Assembly (NCBI GenBank): GCA_025594325.1
Contig: JANHCV010000001.1
Coordinates: forward strand, 4,278,001-4,342,000
Direction: 5' to 3'
DNA length: 64,000 nt
Source: Blastocladiella emersonii ATCC 22665
Lineage: Eukaryota; Fungi; Blastocladiomycota
Shown here: one piece after another, positions 24,728-36,100 of the stretch
How the letters are laid out: each line of letters starts with the position of its first letter
How positions within the stretch are numbered: position 1 is the stretch's first letter
Notes under the pieces: model-generated
What the model saw: the letters and a program-made list of their open reading frames with translations, nothing else
The model's database searches: none
Told to the model about the DNA's origin: nothing
Translations under genes and position numbers: made by a program

Positions 24728-24781
24728 GGGAGCGGCCAGAGCGCGTCGTCCTTGAGTGAGAGTAGTAATATACACGTTTAT

Positions 24782-26116
24782 TCAAATGTTCCGCGGCCGC
24801 TTGCTCGCCGCGTCCTCATCCTCATCATCCTCCTCATCGCTCAGGAGCATCACGGGCGGCGGCGGCATATCCAAGCGCTTGGGCCGCGGGCGCAGGTGCA
24901 GCGGGAGCGGCGTCGTGTACGCGATGCCGCCGTCCTCGTCGGGTTCCGAGAAGAAGTCGGACTCGGACGACACGCCGTCGCTGTCGTCGCTCTCCTTGCC
25001 GCCGCCGCCGCGGGCGCGCCACCCGTTGCGCGTCACCTTGCCGTTGGTCGCGCCCTCGTCGTTCTCCTCGTCGGTCGAGTACCCCGGATCCGGCTCGTCC
25101 GCGTCGCCGTCGCCCTCGGACTCGCTGTCGTCGCCGTACGCGTACTCGGCGACGCGGTCCATGATGCGCACGCCGGGCTCGGGCTTGACCTTGATGTCGT
25201 TCGAGTTGCCGCGCGGGAGCGACCACCGGTGGCGGTCCGAGCCGGGGGTCGACTTCTTGGCTTTCTTCTTGAGCGGCGTCAGCGGCGTCAGCGTGGGCGG
25301 GGTCGGGGCGGGCGCGGCCGGCGTGGGTGGCGGGACGGGTTTGGATTCGCGGCGGTTGGTCAGGGACACGCGGCGGTCCTCGGCGCCCGACTTCCACGCG
25401 GCGTCGGGTTGCGACGTGGCGGCGAACGGGTTGGCGCGCGCGATGTTGGCGATGCCGTCGGTCAAGGCGCCGCTCGGCTTGCCGGGGGTCCGCGCGGGTA
25501 CGTGCGGCGGCGGCGGCGCGCGGTCGGTCCAGTCGTCGCCGTCCTCCTCGAGACTCCCGTGGCGCGGCGCGTCGTTGGAGATGGGCGGGACGTACGCGGC
25601 GGACCCGGTCGAGCTGGTGGTCGGGTTGCGCTCGAGCGCCGCGAGGTCGTCCGGGTGCAGGAGGCGGATGCGGAACTTGTGGCGCATCGTGTTGGAGGCG
25701 AGGTCCATGACGAGCGCGAGGTCGGCGATGGGCGCGTCGCGCTTCACGACCAGCATGCCGATGCGCGGGAGCAGCGGGGACCACGCGGGGCCCGACTTGG
25801 ACTTGCGCGGCTGACCCGCGGCCGCTGCAACGGACGGGTGGCGGAAGTACGACGTGTTCTGGCCGACCAGCTCGACGAGCGCGCCGTCGTCGGTCGCGCG
25901 GATCGTGACGTGCGCCCGCGACACGGTGCTGTGCTTCTTGTTGTACGCGGCGCTCTGGCGCGTCACCGCGTCGGCAAAGGTGCCCGACCGGCCCAGCGTC
26001 GCCGTCTCCCCGGCGCGCACCACGACGGGCGGCGGCAGGGTGTCGGGCGCCGCGTCCTCGACCAGCGGCTGGATCGACAGGCCCACGATGGCGCCGCGGC
26101 CGTCGTCGAGTTTCAT
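24782..26116 (-). CDS. FHA-domain protein with a disordered acidic/basic tail
   Basis: TLGRS...STVSRAH...GQN FHA signature. Confidence 0.75.
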   Translation of the reverse strand: MKLDDGRGAIVGLSIQPLVEDAAPDTLPPPVVVRAGETATLGRSGTFADAVTRQSAAYNKKHSTVSRAHVTIRATDDGALVELVGQNTSYFRHPSVAAAAGQPRKSKSGPAWSPLLPRIGMLVVKRDAPIADLALVMDLASNTMRHKFRIRLLHPDDLAALERNPTTSSTGSAAYVPPISNDAPRHGSLEEDGDDWTDRAPPPPHVPARTPGKPSGALTDGIANIARANPFAATSQPDAAWKSGAEDRRVSLTNRRESKPVPPPTPAAPAPTPPTLTPLTPLKKKAKKSTPGSDRHRWSLPRGNSNDIKVKPEPGVRIMDRVAEYAYGDDSESEGDGDADEPDPGYSTDEENDEGATNGKVTRNGWRARGGGGKESDDSDGVSSESDFFSEPDEDGGIAYTTPLPLHLRPRPKRLDMPPPPVMLLSDEEDDEDEDAASKRPRNI

Positions 26117-26480
26117 GGTTTCGGTGTGTTCATGGATGCATGTGGAGCGCGGAGAGCGGAGAGGGAGGATGACCGAGCAGGGGGACTCACTCTGCTCCCG
26201 GGATGGGAGAGACGCGCGGAGACAACGCGATCAGCGCGGTTCAGCGCTCACGTGCATTCATGTGAGTCACCCTTTCTGGCCGCCACGCCACAACCGCGGG
26301 CGGCGCAGTCGATCGGCGAGCGCGACGGCGTGCGCTTCCAACCCCCCGTCGCGCGACCATCATCTCCCGGCGTGCCTCGCAAGCACTCGCAACCCGACTA
26401 TGCATCCGACCCGCCGCTGCGACGGCCGCTGCTGACGCACACTCCGACTCCCTGTACCACCACCACCCTACAACTCCACC

Positions 26481-28015
26481 ATGTCGGGCCTGTCCCCGCT
26501 CAACCTGATCTCGCTCGTCGTGCGCGACTGGTCGGCCGCCGTCGTGACCCGCGTGCTGCCGCGCGTCGCCACGGCGCGGAGGCGAGCGGATGCCGCCGAC
26601 GCTGCCGAGATCGCTGCCGCTGCGCAAGCGCCACCAGCAACTACGACTACGACGGCCGAGGGCAACGCCATGATCTCGCCGCCCTCGGCATCTCCCGCGC
26701 TCTCGGATCTGCACCTCGCGAGCGCCGCGTGGAACCCGCACCACCCGCCGCACGATCACGCGCACCAGCACCAGCGGCAGCACGAGGAGGGCGAGCGACG
26801 CGTCGAACCCGCGCAGCCGACCTTCTCGGCGGGCGCTGCGGGGTCTGCCGGCGTCCTGTTCGCCGCCATGGCCGCGGCCACGTCGTCGGAGCCGTCGGAC
26901 GCGGCGGCGCGGTCCGTGAGCCCCGTGCAGTGCGAGGCGGCTGCCCCCGTCGCTGCGGCCCCAACGACGACGCGTGCTGCGTCGGACTCGGTCGTGGCGG
27001 CCATGGCGGCGACGCTCATCGACCCGCTGTCGCCGCTCGCGGCCGACGTGCCGCTGGTCGCATCGGACGCGCCGTACGCGATGACGCCGCCGAGCCAGTA
27101 CGCCGGGTACCGCGTCGCCGCGCACTACGAGGCGCCGCTGCACCCGATCGTGCTGTGTCACGGGCTGTTTGGGTTTGATCGCAAGGTACGCCCGCTCCCC
27201 GACCCTCACTCGCGCCAGCACTAACGCGTACCGATGAACAGGGACCGGACATGTTCCCGCAGCTGCAGGTGCACTACTGGCGCGGCATCTCGGACGCGCT
27301 GCGCGACGCGGGCGCCAAGCTGTACATTGCGCGTGTGCCGAGCGCGGGCAACGTGCACAGCCGGGCGCAGGCGCTGCGCGACTTCCTCGAGCGGAACCAG
27401 ATCCGCGACGCGAACCTGGTGGCGCACTCAATGGGCGGGCTCGACTGCCGGTACATGCTGGCCAAGCTGGGCGCGCCGCCCGGCACGCGGGTGCACTCGC
27501 TCACGACCATCTCGACGCCGCACCGCGGGTCGCCCATGATGGACTGGTTCGCCATGGTGTTTGGGGTGAGCAAGAACCTCGGGCACGAGGCGCACCACCC
27601 GGACGTGGAGGCGCTGCGCCGGTTCGACCCGTACCGGTCGCACCCGCTCGCGCGGCTCATGGCGGCGGTCGACTTCCCCGCGTACGCGAACCTCACGACG
27701 TGGTACGCGACGCACATCTTCAACCCGGCGGTGCCCGACGTCGACGGCGTGCAGTACTTTTCGTACGGCGCCAGCTACCCGATCCCGGCGTGGGCGCCGC
27801 TGCGGATTCCGTACGAGATCGTCAAGGCCAAGGAGGGCGAGAACGACGGGCTCGTCAGCCTCGACAGTGCGCGGTGGGGTACCTGGCTCGGCGTCCTCCC
27901 CGCCGACCACTGGGGCGTCCGCGGCGCGGGGCTCTCGGCACGGCTCAACCGCGACTTTGACGTGCCCGGGTTCTACCTGTCGCACGCCACCAAGCTGTCG
28001 CGGCTCGGGTTCTAG
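26481..28015 (+). CDS. TGL2: Triacylglycerol lipase (Tgl2-like alpha/beta hydrolase)
   Basis: PIVLCHGLFGFD, HYWRGI, AHSMGGLDCRY, TPHRGS, ENDGLVS, DHW; intron 27186-27241. Confidence 0.88.
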
Positions 28016-28781
28016 CAGACGCAATATACAGCTGCCGATTTGCACCACCATGACAGTCAGTGAGCACGCGATGCGCGCGCGGGTCACAAGGTTGGCCGTG
28101 AGGGCAGTGGCTCAGCCCGTACGGGTGGCTCAGCCGTGGCGCGGGCCGCCGCCACGTCTGTTGACGGGGCCGTCGTCAGGGGCGGCCGCGGCGCCCGCGG
28201 CGCTCTTATACGCCCGGGCGCCCCCGCCCCCGCACCGTGGCTCCGTTGCATCGCGGTCGTTGAACTTCACGCGTACGTGTGTCCCTCTCGCGGCGTGAGA
28301 CGAGGCCCACCGCGCGCGATGACGCGATGCTGGCCGATGACTCGATGCCGCAGTCCCGTCGCGCGTCGCGCTGAGCCCGCGTGCAACGCTCCCACCGCGG
28401 GCCTTCCCACGCCCGCCCGCCGTTGCACGGCCGGGTCACCTGCCGAGTGCCTCCCGCGCGTCCCCACGTTGGGCTCGCAAAATTATCATGCACTGCTGGC
28501 CGGTCAGTCGCGGCAAGCGGGCGCGGGCTGTCTCCCGACTCCATTAGGCCATCGTTCATTAACCACCGTGACCGCCCCTGGTCCAGTCCCCGCTCTCCCC
28601 TGCAACGAACCGCACCGCACCGAACCCATCCGCCTGGCCGCGGATTAGTCACCGTGTATCCGTCCCCTCCCAAACCGTACGCTTCGTCAGCGGTGGTCGG
28701 GGTCGCTCGCGTTGCACCTGCTAACCTCCTCCCTCGCTCGCTCTCGTGTAGCATCCCCTAACACTACTGCCTGGCGCAACC

Positions 28782-31700
28782 ATGGAACACCAGCACCACC
28801 CCTCGGCGACGCCCTCGCCGGGCCCCGCGACACCCGCGCGCGCGGCCTCGCCGAGCTCCTTCTTCTACGAGATCGATGCGTCGCACCTGCGCCGGTCGGC
28901 CAACCGCCCGCGCCACGTCGCCCAGCGCTTCGACCACGCCGCCGCCGCCGACAGCCCCGCCGCCGCCTGGCACCTGCACTGCCGCCGGCCCTCGAGCGAC
29001 CTCGAGCACGCCGCGTCTTCGGGGGTCGATGGAGGCGCCAGCTCGCCCGAGCCCGCGCCGCTCATCACGCTCGCGAGCTCCTCGGAATCGAGCGACGACG
29101 AGCCCGCGCTCGCCCTGCCCGCGTCGCCGCCGCGCATGGACGCGGCCGCCGTGAACCGCCTTCGCCTGCTCGAAGCGCGCCGCGCGAAACTGGCCGACCA
29201 CCACGGCCGCGTGCGCGTCGTGGCCGACGCGGTGGCCGAGGCGCGCATCACGGCGACCCGCAGCGCGCGCGCCGAGATGGAGCGCACGCTGCGCGACGCG
29301 GAGCGCAACCGCATCGCGACGCTCGAGGACAAGGCCCGCATGTGCGCGCGCGAGGTGCGCAAGGCCAAGGAGATTGCCCGCCGCGCCCACGCCCGCGACG
29401 CGGCCACCGCCGCCGAGGTCAAGCGGTCGCTCGAGGATAAGCTCCGCGCCTCGTCGTGGCGACGCCAGCAGATCCGCAAGGTGCCGCGCGCGTCGCTCGC
29501 GGAGCCGAATGCGTTCCAGAATGCGATGCGGGTGCGCGCGGCCACCGAGATCCAGGAGTGGTGGCGCGGGGCCAAGGTCGCGCCCGTCGTCAACGAGTTC
29601 CGCAAGCTCGTCACGCCCAAGCCCGCGGGCGCCGCGGCGGCTGCTGTCGTTCCGAAGCCGGCGCCCGCGCCCAAGGCCAGCACGCAGGACTCGGCCGCAC
29701 CGGCAACCAAGAAGCGCCCCGCGGCGCCCGCCACGGTCCCGGCCTCGCTCCGCGGCGTGCTTGTGCTCGACCACCTCGCCGCCCTCCCGTTCCCCGCGGC
29801 CGCCGCCGTGTTCCAGAAGCAGACGGTGATCCGCGTCACGAGCCGGTTCCTGCACCGCCTCAAGAAGACGGCCGTCGACCCGCCCGATCTCGGCAAGACG
29901 CCCACCCGCGTCTTCCTGACCGTGTTCATGCTGCTGACGCACCGCGACGCCATCATCGAGGACGCCGACGGGCCCATTGAAAAGGAGCTGCTCGGCACCG
30001 CCACGGCGCTCATGGCCGCCCTCGACACGCTGCTCGGTGCCACGGGTCGCAACGCGCCCCTCTCGGCAGCCATTACCGGCTTCCTGCAGGCGTGGTTCGC
30101 GTACCACACCACCTTCGAGTCGTTCAAGTCGAAAGACACGCAGGGCGTCATCGACAACCTCGTCGCGCACGCCACCGAGCTCGCGCGCCTCCTCGACAAC
30201 GTGTCGGGCAACTCGGAGATCACCGACGCCGAGTGGCGGCCGTCCATCATCAAGCAGCTCAAGGTCATGCGCCTCCGCCTCCTCCGCGTCGGCGGCGAGC
30301 CCGCCCTCGCCCAGCTCGCCCAGGTCCTCGACGCCGAGGGGCTCGCCCACGTCCTCGACGAGCAGACGGCGCGGTCCGCGTCGCCCACGCGCGATATGGA
30401 GGCTGCAGCGGCTGCGAACGACTCGGTCCTACTCTCGTCGCCCGCGAAACGCACGCTGCTCCGCGGCCCGTCACCCGCACCCGCGCCCGAGGAGGTCCCG
30501 GGGCCGACCGTGCAGGCGCCCGCGACGACGCCCCTCGCGGCTGCTGCGCTCCCGCCGCAGGACGCCATCCCGGACCAGCTCCAGGAGATCCTCGCGAACC
30601 ACGCGCTCGCGCACGAGGTGGTCATGGACCCGCACTTCGAGCTGCGCGCGCCCGGCGACGATGCCGAGGACGCAAGCGCGAACCCGATGGCCCGCGCGGT
30701 GCGTGCCGCGGCGCAGCGCGCGTTTGCCGACCAGGTCAATGAGATGGTCGCCGCGGGCAACTACGCGTTCCTTCCCGACCTCGTCGCCGAGGTCCGCGAC
30801 GCCCTGCTCGCCATGGTCGTGCCCAACGGCGGATCCCCGAAACCCGGGTCGTCGGCGGCGGCTGTCGCGGCGTCCCTGCAAGACGTGCTCGACCCATCCG
30901 CGGTCCGCGCCGAGTGGTCCCGCACCGGGCGCGTCGATGTCGCGGCGCTGCTCGGTACGATCGTCCAGTGCATGCTGCGCCTCGCGGCGCCCGCGCGCGA
31001 CGCCGACATCCACGCGCTTTTGGGGGATGCGGACGCGAGCGTCGGGCAGACGGTGGTGCGGATCCACGCGGTGCTGGCCCGCATGCGCGTCGACCTGGCC
31101 AACTTTCACCTGCAGCAGCTGCGCCCTGTCCTGCAGGCGCGCGCCGTCGAGTACGAGGCGCACAAGTTTGCCGAGTACATGGCCTCGTCCGCCATCGCTG
31201 GTCGGTCGGGGATCGAGAAGACCGAGGCGTGGCTCGGCGCGGCCGCGCGCGACCTGCTCTCGACGTCCATGGCGCGCAACCCCGAGGGCGTGCCGCTCAA
31301 CGACCTAACGCGGCCCAAGTTCGAGGACGTGTACCACGAGGCGCTGCTCGGGCTCGTCAGCCCCGCCGCCGCGACCGCCGTCGCTGTCACCCCCGACAAC
31401 GTCCCCGAGACGCTCGCCCTCGACGCGCGCCGCCTCCACGCGATGCAGAACGCGGCGCAGGCCGTCGCCATTGCCGGCGCCCTCGTCATGGTCGCCCGCA
31501 ACGCGTTCCCGTGGTTCCGCAACGCCACGGCCACCGTCGACGCGCCCGCCGCCCCGCCCCTCCCGGGCACCCAGCGCCGCGCGACGCCGTCGACGGCACC
31601 CCGTGTCGTCCCCGCGGCCCACGCCCTCGCGGACCGCCTCATGGTCCTCCTCACGGCAAACGACACGCCCACGGCAGCGCACCTCGCGGCTGCCGTCATG

Positions 31701-32105
31701 CACGCCGCGGGCGCCGCGATGCCCGGTTCCGCGTCGGCCGCGGGCGTGAGCCCGATGGACCGGCTCTCGGACGAGCAGCGCGCGCTTGTCAAGACGCTCG
31801 TCGCCAAGACGCTCTCCGCGCGCGACCCGGTGCTCGCCATCGTCAGCCGCCGCGTCCACGCGTCGCTGCGCACGTTCCTCGGCATGGCGGCGGCCGCGGC
31901 CCCGGCTACTGCCGCGGCGGCGGTCCCCCCGTCGGGCGTCCGTCTCCGCCGCGACTCGCTCACGGCCAACGGGCTCGACGCGGTCGAGGAACACCTCAAC
32001 GCGCTCGGCGCGCGGCTCGCGGCGCTCGCGCGGCATAACAAGGCCGTTTACGCACAGTGGTACGACGCGGTGCTGCGGCGCGCGCTCGGTGTCGGGTCGG
32101 CCTGA
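28782..32105 (+). CDS. T-complex protein 11 (TCP11/Sok1) family protein with an IQ-like motif
   Basis: RAATEIQEWWRG, RVFLTVFML, LAHEVVMDPHF, DLANFHLQQLRP, PETLALDARRL, HNKAVYAQWY; intronless. Confidence 0.88.
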   Translation: MEHQHHPSATPSPGPATPARAASPSSFFYEIDASHLRRSANRPRHVAQRFDHAAAADSPAAAWHLHCRRPSSDLEHAASSGVDGGASSPEPAPLITLASSSESSDDEPALALPASPPRMDAAAVNRLRLLEARRAKLADHHGRVRVVADAVAEARITATRSARAEMERTLRDAERNRIATLEDKARMCAREVRKAKEIARRAHARDAATAAEVKRSLEDKLRASSWRRQQIRKVPRASLAEPNAFQNAMRVRAATEIQEWWRGAKVAPVVNEFRKLVTPKPAGAAAAAVVPKPAPAPKASTQDSAAPATKKRPAAPATVPASLRGVLVLDHLAALPFPAAAAVFQKQTVIRVTSRFLHRLKKTAVDPPDLGKTPTRVFLTVFMLLTHRDAIIEDADGPIEKELLGTATALMAALDTLLGATGRNAPLSAAITGFLQAWFAYHTTFESFKSKDTQGVIDNLVAHATELARLLDNVSGNSEITDAEWRPSIIKQLKVMRLRLLRVGGEPALAQLAQVLDAEGLAHVLDEQTARSASPTRDMEAAAAANDSVLLSSPAKRTLLRGPSPAPAPEEVPGPTVQAPATTPLAAAALPPQDAIPDQLQEILANHALAHEVVMDPHFELRAPGDDAEDASANPMARAVRAAAQRAFADQVNEMVAAGNYAFLPDLVAEVRDALLAMVVPNGGSPKPGSSAAAVAASLQDVLDPSAVRAEWSRTGRVDVAALLGTIVQCMLRLAAPARDADIHALLGDADASVGQTVVRIHAVLARMRVDLANFHLQQLRPVLQARAVEYEAHKFAEYMASSAIAGRSGIEKTEAWLGAAARDLLSTSMARNPEGVPLNDLTRPKFEDVYHEALLGLVSPAAATAVAVTPDNVPETLALDARRLHAMQNAAQAVAIAGALVMVARNAFPWFRNATATVDAPAAPPLPGTQRRATPSTAPRVVPAAHALADRLMVLLTANDTPTAAHLAAAVMHAAGAAMPGSASAAGVSPMDRLSDEQRALVKTLVAKTLSARDPVLAIVSRRVHASLRTFLGMAAAAAPATAAAAVPPSGVRLRRDSLTANGLDAVEEHLNALGARLAALARHNKAVYAQWYDAVLRRALGVGSA

Positions 32106-32199
32106 GCGGTCATCGTCTTGACTGAAGGCCGCCCGCTTGTGAATGTGGAAGTTCTGCGACGTTTGAATGTGGAAGATTTCTCTGTATAAACTCTTTGCC

Positions 32200-33448
32200 T
32201 CAATCCACCCCCAACGGCGTCCCGGGCACGACGAGCGACTCGACCGAGTTCCCCGCAGTCAACCCGTGAACGCCCTGCATGACGCGGCGCCGGTCGACGG
32301 CGAACGTCAGACACCGCGCGCCCTCGGCCGCGAGCCACGCGCGGTCCTCGGGCCCCGAATACGCCCGCATCAGCATCGTCAGCGCGTACACGCGCGACGC
32401 GTCGTACTGGAACAGCGCGAGCGCAGCGCGCAGCGCGGAACCGCGGTCGCGGTCCGGCGTGTCGGGGAGGAGCGTGGAGAGAGGTGGCGCGGCGGTCGTC
32501 AGGTCGGGCAGGGATGACAAGGACGGCGTCGCCAGGTCGTCCGCGGACCCCGAGTGCGCGCGGAACCCCGGGTCGCCGCCGCGCAGGTCGGTGAGGGACC
32601 GGGTCGCGGCCGCGGGCGGGTCGGAGGTGGCGGCGGTTGGGGAGGTCGGCAGGTCGGCGGCCGACGGCAGGATCAGGGTGGGCAGCACGCCGAGTGCCGT
32701 CGCGAGCCACTCGAGCCGCTCGCGGTCGAGGCGCAGCGACCCGCCCGCGCGGGGCGGCGCGGGGGCACCGCCTCCCGAGCGGGTGGGCAGTGGCGGCGCG
32801 CCGTACGAGCCCGGGCGCGTCTGCAGGATGTCGATGAGCGTGCGCGGTGGCGCGGGCGGACTGCCCGCCGTCGCACCAGCGCCGGCCGCCGTGAGGACAC
32901 GCCCCGCCGCCCCACCCGCGCCCCCGAGCGCGAGCGATAACCCACCCTGCGCGGGCACCGGGACCCCCGCCGCGACGGCCGTCGGCGGCGCCTTGGTCGC
33001 GGCCGCATCCCTCGCGCGGCGGCGGCGGACCCAGCGGCGGCGGCGCACGTAGCTGGTGAGCCCGCACGTCGCGGACCACGGGAACCCGGCAAAGTTGAAC
33101 GAGTACGACCAGCCGTCCGGGTCCACGTCCAGCGACATGTCGACCATCCAGTCGGAAACCCACTCCCACCGCACCGGGTCCGGCAGCTGGATCGAGTCCC
33201 GCGCGACGCTGAAGTTGCCGTCCGCGTCGGACCACGGGCCGCGGTCCGTTTGAAGTAGCGCGCGGGCCGAAAAGCGGGGGCGGCCGACGAGCGCGGTGCC
33301 GCGCTGGTTCTCCCATACCGTGTCGGCTGGCGGCGGTCGAGTTAGCGCGAGTTTCACGCCGTCGGTCGACGATGAGTGTACCTTGAACGACGCCGCTGCC
33401 GACGCGGCGCGCGCGCGCAGGGGGCGGGGGCGGTGCTGGATTATTCAT
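32200..33448 (-). CDS. Dysferlin (DysF) domain protein without a reticulon domain (Spo73/Mug65-like)
   Basis: WENQRG...WSDADG...WEWVSDWMVD...DGWSYSF...VRRRRWVR; short first exon MNNPAPP...VVQ. Confidence 0.8.
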
Positions 33449-33641
33449 TGCGTTGCATAGAGTCTTGCGTGTGTGTGGTTCCAGAGTGATGGTGGTGAAG
33501 GCAGGGAGAGGGGGCCGGTGATGAACAACGCGAGACACAGAAGGACGATTTATTTTTCTTCATAGACGAGGATCACTCTCACAGTGACGGTATACAACTC
33601 GCGCCGCGCGCCGAGGCACCGGCGAGACTACCACCACCACG

Positions 33642-34493
33642 CTACTTACGGGGCGACGCCGGCTTGGCCGTGGCGCCGTGCGCCGTGAGACCCTTCTTGA
33701 TGGCATCGTTCGACAGCTTGGCGGGCGACGCGGCCGCGGCCTTGGACACGCCACCGGCGAGCGTCTTGGCGGGCGTGGTACCCGACGTCTTGGCCGCGGC
33801 GGCCGTGGTCTTGGCGGGCGACGCGGGCGCAGCGGCCTTGGACGGCGACGCGGCGGCCGTGTGCTTGGTCGGCGACGCGGAGGCCTTGGTGGGCGACGGC
33901 AGCGGCGACGCCTTGACGACGGGCTTGGTCGTGACCACGGGCTCGACCGAGTGCGTCAGCACGCGCTTCTGGATCGTGTCGCCGTGCTTGGCCACCTCGG
34001 CCGCGACCGCCGTCTTGGTCGGCACCCACTCCTTGTGCGCCGTCTTGATCTCGTCGAGCAGCGCCAGCGACGCCGGCGAGTGCTTGCCCTTGAGCGGCGA
34101 CACGGGCGCCGGGGACACCTTGGACGGCGAGCCGGGGCGCGCGGGCACCGTGGCCGTCGGCAGCGGGAGCTTCGACGGCGACACGGGCGCGTGCTTGGCG
34201 GGCGACACCGGCGCGGCCATGGCGGTGGTCTTGGACGGCGAGTGCGGGGCGGCACCAGCAGCGTGCGCGTGCTTGGCGGGCGACGCGGGCGCCGAGCCGC
34301 TCGCCTTGTTGGGCGACGCGGGCGTAGCCTTGGCCTTGGCCTTGTCTACACGCGCGAGGACGACGACGACGGCGCGAGGTGAGACACGGTCCCGAGACCA
34401 GTCGCGCGCGCGTGGTGGATCCATACCGGCCGTGTACGGCGCCGCCTGCTCGGTGGCCTTGGTGTGCAGGAGGTTCGACTTCTGGACGGGCAT
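33642..34493 (-). CDS. Basic Ala/Lys/Pro/Ser-rich protein (~256 aa) with 14 S/T-P-x-K repeats
   Basis: Strong codon bias; in-frame 81-nt intron 34426-34346; TATA element upstream. Confidence 0.75.
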   Translation of the reverse strand: MPVQKSNLLHTKATEQAAPYTAGMDPPRARDWSRDRVSPRAVVVVLARVDKAKAKATPASPNKASGSAPASPAKHAHAAGAAPHSPSKTTAMAAPVSPAKHAPVSPSKLPLPTATVPARPGSPSKVSPAPVSPLKGKHSPASLALLDEIKTAHKEWVPTKTAVAAEVAKHGDTIQKRVLTHSVEPVVTTKPVVKASPLPSPTKASASPTKHTAAASPSKAAAPASPAKTTAAAAKTSGTTPAKTLAGGVSKAAAASPAKLSNDAIKKGLTAHGATAKPASPRK

Positions 34494-34586
34494 GGTGGAG
34501 AGCGAGGAAGGGGGTGGGGATGGATCTGCTACGTGGAGGAAGGAGATGAGGCCGAGAGCCGAGGGCAGGCCGGGGCGCGGCTCCCG

Positions 34587-34593
34587 TTTTATA
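34587..34593 (-). promoter_or_regulatory. TATA box (TATAAAA) ~95 nt upstream of the SPxK-repeat gene
   Basis: Exact motif in otherwise very GC-rich DNA at a plausible spacing. Confidence 0.55.
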
Positions 34594-36100
34594 CGGCGGC
34601 CGGTCGCTGCAACTGGGCCAGGTGGGAACCTCCTGCCCTTGGCTCTCGTTCGTTCGCCGGGTCGCCGCGGGGCACCTGCAGCGAATTCGGCCCGGCCCCT
34701 TGGGAGACGATGTGCGGCGCGATCGCGGCGGCCGACCGACTGGCGCGCTGTCGAATATGCGACTGACTGGCGGGGCGGGGCGAAGGGGGGGAGACGGTGA
34801 TAAATTGGTGCGGATCGGCGCGCACGCGCGGTGTGTGGAGCGACGCGGCGCAACGCGAAAAACGCGTGGTGGTGGCGCACGCGGGAGACGGTCACGCGCA
34901 CGCGCCTGGCAACCGGTCAGCTGAGCCTCCCACAACAGATCGGCGGTCGCCGCGGTCGCCCCGCTCGCCAAGTTTCGGTCAAAACTCAAGCCCTCTCCCG
35001 CCTCCCATGAGTTGTAGAGGATGCATCACGCACTCTTACATGTAGCTTTCACGGCCACCGCGTCTTCGCTGTTGACGCGGTGTGTGATCTCGGCCCGCTC
35101 CCGGGCGTCCTCCTGTTCCCCCCTCCGCGCCCACGGACACGCTCGGATCTCGACCTCGACTGCCTCTTCCCTCCCTGCCCTGCTCGCCTGCCCGATCCCG
35201 ACCCGCGACTGCTCGCGTGCGTGTGCGCCCCGCGTGTGCGCCGAACGGGTAACCCTCAGAGGCAGCACCGCACGGTCGTCGCCGTCCGTCGGTCATGGCC
35301 ATGCTCGTGGTCGTTGGTCGCGACAGGCAGACAGGCAGCGGAGCGGAGCGGTCGGTCTCGAGCGTCTTGCGTAGCTGTCCGTCGTCGTGCTCGTCGACCG
35401 ATCGTTTGTGATGACCTTTTTATATCCGCGCTTCCGACTATGATTTTAGTTACGTGAGGAAAACTCGGAATGGTTGAAATTTATATTTTGGCTGAAAACG
35501 ATCGACGACGTCGTCCTTGCTACCTTTATGACGCTCCTCATTCTCTCTCTCGCTCGCGACAATGGACATTGATGATGGTATTGGTAATTTGCGACTGACT
35601 CGCTCGCGGGTGTTCCTTGCCGGGAACGCGAAGCCCCCTGCGTACCTGTTGACAATTTTTTCGCTGAGATGTCTGTCGAGATCGAGCTCGCTGAGCTCAT
35701 GCGTTGCTACTCTTTGTTGTTCCTGGACGATCGTGGCATGGTCACCATCGATCTAGAGTTATCAATTAACTTCCCGCTCAAGGTCCAGTGGTCGCGGCCG
35801 AGGCTATCTGCGCTTCAACAACGCTCACTGGGGCTCGCGTCCACGTCGGGCTGCTGCTGACAGAATTTGTGGCAGGAACGCGGAAACGAGTATTTAATGT
35901 CGATTCACGAGTCCTCCACGAGTGGATCAACTAATGCGGAGACATGTCGCAGGTATGAGCACGCTTAGGGGCATGGGCTTGAGCGGGAGGTGATGGTCGG
36001 GATGATGGCCGTGGTGGCCAAGATCAATCATCCTACGACCCGACGACTAGAACAGGCTGCGACGACGGCGAAACCGACGGCGGTCCAATCGATGTTAGGC

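Noticed and set aside
28016-28781. 760-nt gap between the lipase and TCP11 genes as a hidden gene or ncRNA
   Set aside because: No consistent exon chain or RNA motif found by eye.
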